Shown here piece by piece: positions 58,601 to 64,000 of a DNA stretch of 64,000 nt. This DNA is from Phycisphaeraceae bacterium (lineage in GTDB: Bacteria; Planctomycetota; Phycisphaerae; Phycisphaerales; UBA1924): the NCBI GenBank assembly GCA_020639155.1, contig JACKHF010000001.1:1963889-2027888 (forward strand), written 5' to 3'. The stretch's first letter is position 1. Every line of letters starts with the position of its first letter. Below the pieces are notes generated by a model. The model made no database searches. It was not told where the DNA came from and was given only the letters and a program-made list of their open reading frames with translations. Both the position numbers and the translations under genes were made by a program.

Positions 58601-58840
58601 ACCGAGCCCGTATCGAGCGGTGACGACCTGCTCCGGATTGGAACTGCTCTCAAGGAACTTCTCGTATTCCGGCACCGCGAGCTTGTACAACTTGCGATTG
58701 AGCAATCCGTTGGCGGTATTGAGCAGCTTGTCGTTCTGATCGCGAGTCTGTGAGAATGCGATAGTCGGCGTAATCCCGACGAGTGCAGCGCTGGCGAGAA
58801 GCCCCGTTACTTTCGATCCGCGCGTACGTCGACCCATCAT
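55673..58840 (-). CDS. Secreted TPR-repeat protein (1055 aa)
   Basis: Signal peptide (LLASAALVGITPTIAFSQ) followed by more than 20 TPR-like repeats (recurring A..Y/F...G....A motifs). Confidence 0.75.
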   Translation of the reverse strand: MMGRRTRGSKVTGLLASAALVGITPTIAFSQTRDQNDKLLNTANGLLNRKLYKLAVPEYEKFLESSSNPEQVVTARYGLGVCYYRLQQYEDAAAMLEMPATTPTFEFAGDAELLRGHSFVLLGKYKEAGDRFAVLIERFPDHASLDDALSMLAESRYRTNDLDEAIAAATRLERDFPDSAKRSRAELFHSMALMAQHKESESLPHLEEVLKRENAGPIADQATFLRARALQAVNRPDDAIRAYRDAIARGVESFLPQAKLSLSQLLHDKGNLAEAETLAQEVIEQFGSSTAAPGAVFMRGRIHLDNDRFAPAKQDFERVLKTQEKALHDDAMYWIAKCEMRLDEPSRAADTLEKAIENYPDSSLKPEMMYDRAVALSRAGDVDGAIDAAGAYRRSFPEHRLVPEAMYLEASSELSREGYERAKSLASEYAGKFANHRLMADVIVVGAEADFLAGRWDDAIAGYAKLLNEFPNDDRGDTAHFRIGMAHHRQNRDDQAVQELARITRGASTKPEFRSALRALGDIAFARSEWPNAERHFKDYLEADPNAFGADDALLKLGLSRVRQNRPGEAIQCFDAIIAMDESVHTLQAMFERGQALIDMGNDEQAEKAMLAVVDADEGSRFAAFAMRHLGSIEQRKGNLEAATEWFARAAENGPIELATEAQLQQGEALLARGEFAQAAATLEPVTKTGGALGIRARISRSIALSRSGKSEAAVNEVDALLAMNDAQLDEPTRANLAYERAWSLRALKKSDESASALRTLLNDANIEPRLRAHALLDLASIQMDANQFEQALPTLNQLDELIRRDQTKIPESVREQAAYRRGVTGHKLEKFDIVANALDQFWKQYPQSKLMASAELLCGEALMRLNRHGDAIPHLQRLIKDHGEHENAAVAYIRLGEAQGETEQWSNSETSYTTFLKLYPDHEMWFKAQFGIGWAKEHQGQHEDAIKAYRRVVDGHEGLTAARAQFQIGECLFAIDKLDEAVTEFIRVDILHAYPEWSAAALYEAGRCFEKLNRFDQAREQYQSIVDRFGDTEWAQRAAQKVEQLRPRNVPGRG

Positions 58841-59189
58841 CGAACACTCCCCTCGCTCATGCGTGCCGGCTGGCCATGCCGGATGTTCTGCCCTTTATCA
58901 ACGCCGCTCGTGGGCGAATCTGTCGAAGATAGGCCGAAAAACAACGACCCATATCTCTCCTACAAACTCACGAGAGGCCTCTTTGATCCGAAGAGGTTAC
59001 GGACCATTTCATGTTTCTGCCAGCATTCTTGATGTCCCACCCGCGACGGACAGGCCGAATCGGCCTTGAATCCCTCACAATACGACGATCCCAACTCTTT
59101 TCATCGGTCCCCGAACCTCGAATGCTGGACCTCCGGACCCATCGCAAGAGAATGCGGGTTGTCAGAGGAAAAACACACGTGTTTGTATT

Positions 59190-60230
59190 TTGTTTGTATT
59201 TAATTTAATGAAGAGCAACCACATCACAACCTCTTGCAGCCGCACCAGTGTGAACCGGATTGCTGTCACGATGGGGGATCCTGGGAGTATCGGGCCCGAG
59301 ATTGTGCTCAAAGCACTACAGCGCGTGCAAGCTTCAGGTGCTGATATCCGGTATCAGGTGTACTGCCATCGTGCCACAATGCTGGCGGTTGCATCCGAGC
59401 TTGGGTTTGACAATCTGCTTCACGACGATCGGATTGAACTGATCGAACCCGCAGGTGTTGAGAGTCTTGGCGATTTGGCGCTTGCGGATATGCGCAAGCC
59501 GAACAAGCGGGGTGGCTACATCTCTATGCGATGCGTCGAAACAGCGATCGACGCGTGCCTCAAGAAAGACGACGCACCGTCTGGAGTTGTAACCGCACCG
59601 ATCTCAAAGACAGCATGGCACATGGCTGGGTTCGAGTCCCATCCCGGTCACACGGAACTGCTCGCAGAAAAGTGCAACGCACACGATGTACGCATGGGGT
59701 TTGTCAGTCCGAAGCTGCGCGTCGTGCTTGAGACAATCCATGTGCCGTTGCGCGATGTTCCTGACATGCTCAGGACCGACCATATTGTGCGCACAATCGA
59801 GAGAGCAGCGCAGCTGTGCATCGATCTTGGCATATCTTCGCCGCGTGTTGCTGTTGCGGGGTTGAATCCGCACGCGGGCGAGGATGGCATGATGGGTGCT
59901 GAAGATATCGCAATGATTGCGCCAGCTGTCAAGCAAGCGCGTGAATCAGGCATCGATGCAAGCGGCCCACATCCCGGCGACACGGTGTTTGGTCGCGCAT
60001 TCAATGGCGGGTTCGATGTCGTTGTAGCGATGTACCACGATCAGGGATTGATTCCGGTCAAGCTCCTCGGCTGGGAGAACGCGGTCAATGTCACACTCGG
60101 GCTGCCGATTGTGCGCACGAGCCCAGATCATGGTACGGCGTTCGACATCGCTGGGAGAGGAAAAGCGAACGAGAGCTCGATGCTTGCAGCAATCGATCTT
60201 GCAATCCAACTGGCACATGTGAAAGGATAA
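59190..60230 (+). CDS. pdxA: 4-hydroxythreonine-4-phosphate dehydrogenase PdxA
   Basis: IAVTMGDPGSIGPEIV N-terminal motif, a metal-binding His/Asp pattern, about 330 aa. The start may be the second Met (59208). Confidence 0.85.
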   Translation: MFVFNLMKSNHITTSCSRTSVNRIAVTMGDPGSIGPEIVLKALQRVQASGADIRYQVYCHRATMLAVASELGFDNLLHDDRIELIEPAGVESLGDLALADMRKPNKRGGYISMRCVETAIDACLKKDDAPSGVVTAPISKTAWHMAGFESHPGHTELLAEKCNAHDVRMGFVSPKLRVVLETIHVPLRDVPDMLRTDHIVRTIERAAQLCIDLGISSPRVAVAGLNPHAGEDGMMGAEDIAMIAPAVKQARESGIDASGPHPGDTVFGRAFNGGFDVVVAMYHDQGLIPVKLLGWENAVNVTLGLPIVRTSPDHGTAFDIAGRGKANESSMLAAIDLAIQLAHVKG

Positions 60231-60233
60231 AAG

Positions 60234-61013
60234 ATGCGTATCACGACATGGAATGTCAATGGGTTGCGTGCCGCGGTTCGGAAGGGAGTTGCAGCACAGA
60301 TTGCAAGGATCAATCCGGACGTGCTGCTATTGCAGGAAGTTCGTGCGATGCCCGATCAACTCACCGATAACTGGCACGAGAACGGTCTCGACAGTTGGTC
60401 ATTTGCATGGAATCCCGCTGAAAAGCCTGGCTACGCAGGCACTGCGCTGTTCTCACGCGACAAACACAAGGAAGTCAAGATCGGTGTCGAGTCCTCTGCT
60501 GGTGATCCTGAAGGCCGTCTTGTGATTGCGCGCGTCGGTCCGGTTCGTGTCGCGAGCGTGTATCTTCCATCCGGCTCGTCGGGTGATCATCGCCAGATCG
60601 AGAAAGAGAAATGGATGAAGAAGTTTGCGCCGTGGGCTGAAGCGCTTCGAAAGTCGCGCATCCCGACGATTCTTGGAGGTGACTTCAACATTGCACGCAC
60701 CGAACTGGACATCTTTCACGCAAAGAGCAACGAGAAGTCGTCCGGTTTCCTGCCGCACGAACGAGCATGGATGGACACACTCGTTGGCTCCGGCTGGGCT
60801 GACATCATCCGCGAGCGTGCTGGCGAGGTGCATGGGCCGTACACGTGGTGGTCGAATCGCGGGCGTGCCCGCGAACTCGATCGTGGCTGGCGTATCGACT
60901 ATGTCCTTGCAAACCCCGCTGCAGCGAAGATCGTGCGCGATGCGCACGTTGACCGTGACGCGTCGCTGACGATCTCAGACCATGCGCCTGTGTCTGTTGA
61001 CCTAGACATCTAA
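60234..61013 (+). CDS. xth: Exodeoxyribonuclease III (Xth/APE1 family)
   Basis: MRITTWNVNGLRAA start, LLQEV, GDFNIA, DH catalytic motifs. Confidence 0.85.
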   Translation: MRITTWNVNGLRAAVRKGVAAQIARINPDVLLLQEVRAMPDQLTDNWHENGLDSWSFAWNPAEKPGYAGTALFSRDKHKEVKIGVESSAGDPEGRLVIARVGPVRVASVYLPSGSSGDHRQIEKEKWMKKFAPWAEALRKSRIPTILGGDFNIARTELDIFHAKSNEKSSGFLPHERAWMDTLVGSGWADIIRERAGEVHGPYTWWSNRGRARELDRGWRIDYVLANPAAAKIVRDAHVDRDASLTISDHAPVSVDLDI

Positions 61014-61351
61014 GACAGGGATGTCTATTCAGGCTCGCGGAGTTTGTCCTGCAGTCTGCGGGATTCCGATGTCGTTTGTGAAGGCCGAACCGTGGGCATC
61101 CTCGTTCGCAGACCACACGCGTCACAACGAGCGCGTACAAGCCGAGGGATCGTGGTTTCGGATGAAAACATGCGTCGCTGGCGCGATCTGTTGACACGCC
61201 CACACCGTGGACACCGTGTGGTGATGAGCACACGTTGTGAAAACCGCTTGAGCATGCCAGCCGCCAATGATCAAAGAAAATCCCTCTCAGGAACACCGAG
61301 CCACCGGAGTGGTCGGCATTCCAAAGAGGGTATGTTCGGTCTGCTGCTGAT

Positions 61352-62029
61352 TCAGCAGCAGGTTCGTTTGCGTCTTCCAAAGAGTCCTGCGAGGGCTGCG
61401 CATCCCATCAGGCTCGCAGCGGGTGTCGGCACATTTTCAGGTGGTGGGGTGACTGGAGGTGTCACAGGCGGCTGATGCGGAGGGAACGTTGGCGGGAAAA
61501 ATGGAGGCTTTGTGGGCGGTTGATACGGTGGGTAGGAATGGGGTTTTGTTAGAGGGAAAGGTGGATGGGTGAAGGGAGGAATGATTGGAGGCGTGTGCTT
61601 TGAAGGTTGATTCGAGTGCGAAGGTTCCGACGTGTGCTTGATGTGATTGAAGACCACGGGTTTGGATGCAGACGGCGAGTGTGAATATTTGGTATTGAAA
61701 GCGGATGCCTGCAAAGTGGGAGTGCTGAATGAGCTGTGAGCGTTCCCTGTAGACGAGATCGCCTGCCTGAACTTTGTCGAGTTCTTATCAGAACTCCATG
61801 TGGTCTTCCTGCCATCTGCGTGGTTCTCAACACTCAGCGATGTGGCTTTGAACCCGATATCCAGGATTGTGCTTGCATAAATATGGCTTGCGTTCTCAGC
61901 AAGCAGTGTTGAAGACTCTCCCGGGAATGTGCCGGGTGACATGTACAGCATCGCAGATGCGTTTGACGCTCCACACAACAATGCGACAATGACAGCACGT
62001 TGAACAAACAAAAAACTCAGCCTCCACAA
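61352..62029 (-). CDS. Hypothetical secreted Pro-rich protein with a PEP-CTERM-like C-terminal sorting tail
   Basis: Signal-peptide-like LWRLSFLFVQRAVIVALLCGASNASA (a TTG start is assumed), a Pro-rich stretch (PPFTHPPFPL...PPVTPPVTPPP), and a C-terminal VPTPAASLMGCAALAGLFGRRKRTCC (P-x-P, hydrophobic helix, Arg cluster). The region is lower in GC than its flanks. Confidence 0.4.
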   Translation of the reverse strand: MWRLSFLFVQRAVIVALLCGASNASAMLYMSPGTFPGESSTLLAENASHIYASTILDIGFKATSLSVENHADGRKTTWSSDKNSTKFRQAISSTGNAHSSFSTPTLQASAFNTKYSHSPSASKPVVFNHIKHTSEPSHSNQPSKHTPPIIPPFTHPPFPLTKPHSYPPYQPPTKPPFFPPTFPPHQPPVTPPVTPPPENVPTPAASLMGCAALAGLFGRRKRTCC

Positions 62030-62226
62030 TGTCCCGACGTACGCGGGTTGGGCAACTATCCTTCTCCCCTGAAGTTGGCCCAGCGAACAGGCCCGAATCT
62101 TGGCTGGTCTTGTCTGACATCGCAACCCGGACTCCGCTGAAAAAGCACAAAAAAACACTTTTATAACCCTATAACTCTTGAGTTGAATACAATCCAAACA
62201 CATTATCCACATTGAGCTTTTGATGT

Positions 62227-62565
62227 TTGGTTTGCATCAATCACCGGCAGCACGTGAGAGATGAAATGCACGAAGATGATCATGTATGCCTGTGTTTCAG
62301 GGTCTCGCTCCGCAAGATCCGGTCGTTCCTTCGAACACAGAACCCAACGGTGGCATCCATGCTCTCAGAGTGCTTTGGTGCTGGAACAGGCTGCCAATGG
62401 TGCGTGCCGTTCCTGAAGCATCTGCATGACCAACACACAAGAGGTGAACTACCCGATCTTCGCATCAGTCCTGAGCAGTACATGAAGGAGCGCCAGTCGT
62501 ATCGCGATACAGGCACGCGAAGTGTGCTCCCAGGTGACAGTGAAAGCCAATCCTCAGATATATAA
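62227..62565 (+). CDS. BFD-like [2Fe-2S]-binding domain protein
   Basis: CLCFRVSLRKI ... CFGAGTGCQWC cysteine pattern typical of bacterioferritin-associated-ferredoxin-like domains. The start may be the internal Met at 62266. Confidence 0.6.
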   Translation: MVCINHRQHVRDEMHEDDHVCLCFRVSLRKIRSFLRTQNPTVASMLSECFGAGTGCQWCVPFLKHLHDQHTRGELPDLRISPEQYMKERQSYRDTGTRSVLPGDSESQSSDI

Positions 62566-62569
62566 AAAA

Positions 62570-62588
62570 CACCCGCAAACAGCGGGTG
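62570..62588. terminator. Bidirectional terminator hairpin between convergent genes (CACCCGC-aaaca-GCGGGTG)
   Basis: 7-bp GC stem with A/T-rich flanks on both sides, seen directly. Confidence 0.45.
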
Positions 62589-62620
62589 CAACAAAATCTA
62601 TTTGACAAGTGACACCGAGG

Positions 62621-63610
62621 CTACTCGTCGAGTTGACGAAGGGAAAGCCCCATCAGTGTCAGGCGTTCCTTCACCTCGACCAGCGACGTTGAGCCAAAGT
62701 TCTTTACGCCCATAAGTTCTGCTTCGGTACGGCTGACCAGATCTCCAATGGTCTGGATATCGAGCAGCTGCAACGCCTTACGGGCACGAACGGAGAGCTG
62801 GAGTTCGCTGACAGTCTTGTTCAGCACGCCATCCTTGCCTGAACCTCGCAGTGCGTCTGCAATATTACGACGATGCTGGCGATGCGCGTCGTCAGCACCC
62901 TGTCCCAGCTTGAGGTTCTTTGACGCCAGCATGCGCTTGATCTCGATGAGGCTGGATTCGCCGAAGTTCTTGTAGCTCATCAACTCAGATTCACTGGTGC
63001 GCACAAGATCACCGAGTGTGCGGATGTTCATCTTCTTCAGGCATGTGCGGGCACGTACAGAGAGTTCAAAGTCGGTCACAGGAATATCGTACAGAGCGCG
63101 ACGTTTGGCAAGATCGCGATCCGACTCTTCCTCAACCAGCATGTCCTTGCTTGCCTGTACGTCCTTCATGTACATGCGGGCACGCGGATCGTTTGGATTG
63201 GTCTCAAGCACCTGCTTCAGCAAACGCTCGGCTCGATGGAAGTTGCCTTGGTCCTCGTACAGCACCGCGAGATTGATCAGTGTGTTGATAGGAGCGGGGC
63301 CATGCTCAAGGATGGACTCATAGAGCGAGATCGCCTCGTCCTCTTCACCAACACGATCGAGTCGAACAGCCAGATCGAACCTGATCTCGTCGTCGAATGG
63401 ATCGGCTGAGATTGCCTTGCGGAGTTCTGAGATGGCAGCAACGGTGTCGCCTGATTCGTCTGCTCTAGTGACGGCGTCGCGGTGTCTCTTGGCTGCTTCC
63501 TTGTCACGCTGGCTGGTGTCGGTCGTGCCGACCACGATGTCGAGGGGATTCTCAGACATTGATCCTCCTGGCCCGCCTGACGAGCCGATGCTGACCCCAT
63601 GCCCCCACAC
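62621..63610 (-). CDS. TPR-repeat protein with two C-terminal RNA polymerase alpha-subunit CTD-like (HhH) domains
   Basis: N-terminal TPR helices, then two copies of LSVRAR(T/K)CL(K/Q)...IGDLV...ELM..KNFG..SL.E(I/V)K, the alpha-CTD signature. Confidence 0.65.
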   Translation of the reverse strand: MWGHGVSIGSSGGPGGSMSENPLDIVVGTTDTSQRDKEAAKRHRDAVTRADESGDTVAAISELRKAISADPFDDEIRFDLAVRLDRVGEEDEAISLYESILEHGPAPINTLINLAVLYEDQGNFHRAERLLKQVLETNPNDPRARMYMKDVQASKDMLVEEESDRDLAKRRALYDIPVTDFELSVRARTCLKKMNIRTLGDLVRTSESELMSYKNFGESSLIEIKRMLASKNLKLGQGADDAHRQHRRNIADALRGSGKDGVLNKTVSELQLSVRARKALQLLDIQTIGDLVSRTEAELMGVKNFGSTSLVEVKERLTLMGLSLRQLDE

Positions 63611-63733
63611 CAGCGAATCCTCTCTTCAGAAAGGGGCCTGATGGGGCTGCACGTACCGGGTTCATTGTGGGAACAGGGATTCTAGCGCGAAATCCTGCAG
63701 AGCCAAACCGGGTTTGCGGCTTGGTTTTGGTGC

Positions 63734-64000
63734 TCAGCTTTCCGCCTGAGCCACGTCGCTATCTTTGACCAGCGAGATATCCCGCCATCTGCCATGGATG
63801 AACCGGATCAGGAGGATGGTGCCTAGCAAGATGATGTAGGTTGAGCCCGCGATCCAGGGGCCAATGGACCCAAGATCGGGAGCAAACCGGATAAATGCCC
63901 AGCCTCCAATCGGGATGCACGTCCAGCAAATAAGTAGCGTCGCCATGCCCGGCCAGACCGTGTCGCCCGCCCCACGAAGCGCAGCTGACATGATGATCGC
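63734..64000 (-). CDS. MATE-family efflux transporter C-terminal portion. Partial: continues beyond the window end.
   Basis: Hydrophobic helices and an RGAGDT-like motif. Stop at 63734. The ORF is open to the window edge. Confidence 0.45.
   Translation of the reverse strand, partial: AIIMSAALRGAGDTVWPGMATLLICWTCIPIGGWAFIRFAPDLGSIGPWIAGSTYIILLGTILLIRFIHGRWRDISLVKDSDVAQAES

Noticed and set aside
58841-59189. Searched this and other intergenic gaps (8711-8786, 9300-9369, 44025-44232, 49145-49249, 61014-61351, 62040-62226, 63611-63733) for tRNA/tmRNA-like T-arm (GGTTCGAATCC or its reverse complement) and acceptor features
   Set aside because: No convincing cloverleaf or T-loop consensus was found by eye. 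No RNA gene is reported.
61044-61475. 143-aa plus-strand ORF in the gap after xth
   Set aside because: Arg-rich, with no motifs, ending in a GGVTGG repeat that mirrors the Pro-rich coding on the opposite strand. It is likely noncoding or antisense.

Overview
High-GC (about 60-65%) bacterial chromosomal segment, densely coded on both strands. It has many prepilin-type (pseudopilin) genes, a PEP-CTERM-like tail and a Bat/MoxR operon, which by inference fits a Planctomycetota- or Verrucomicrobiota-like genome. No rRNA, tRNA, CRISPR array or transposase was found. Housekeeping genes recognised from motifs: glycyl-tRNA synthetase, RtcB ligase, a cystathionine beta-synthase/GNAT/cystathionine gamma-lyase operon, endonuclease III, GTPase Der, acyl-CoA carboxyltransferase, PdxA and exonuclease III. 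Accessory content: (i) a complete 8-gene MoxR-DUF58-vWA-TPR 'Bat' operon (18.1-27.1 kb). (ii) A type IV pilus / T2SS-like assembly locus (PilB/PilC/PilM/PilN/PilO/PilP-like plus pilins, 34.7-41.8 kb) flanked by STAS, histidine kinase, receiver, HD-GYP, three further pseudopilin-like genes and a PilZ-receiver protein (41.8-50.4 kb). One of those pseudopilins ends in a (GGCAAT)14 plus poly-AGC/AGT microsatellite. (iii) A Tol/Ton-like module on the minus strand (50.4-58.8 kb): a 1055-aa TPR protein, ExbB, ExbD and a 1293-aa chimeric protein made of PD40 beta-propeller repeats, transmembrane segments, a roughly 550-aa disordered spacer containing an 88-aa tandem repeat, and a CarboxypepD_reg-like C-terminus. 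(iv) A low-GC ORF with a GIY-YIG-like motif next to a Dam-class (D12) DNA methyltransferase, which is a candidate type II restriction-modification pair. (v) A second, motif-permuted DNA methyltransferase translationally coupled to an NrnA-like DHH phosphoesterase. (vi) A TPR protein carrying two RNA polymerase alpha-CTD-like domains. (vii) A low-GC segment encoding a Pro-rich secreted protein with a PEP-CTERM-like tail. All functional calls come from motifs read directly in the translated ORFs. No database search was run.
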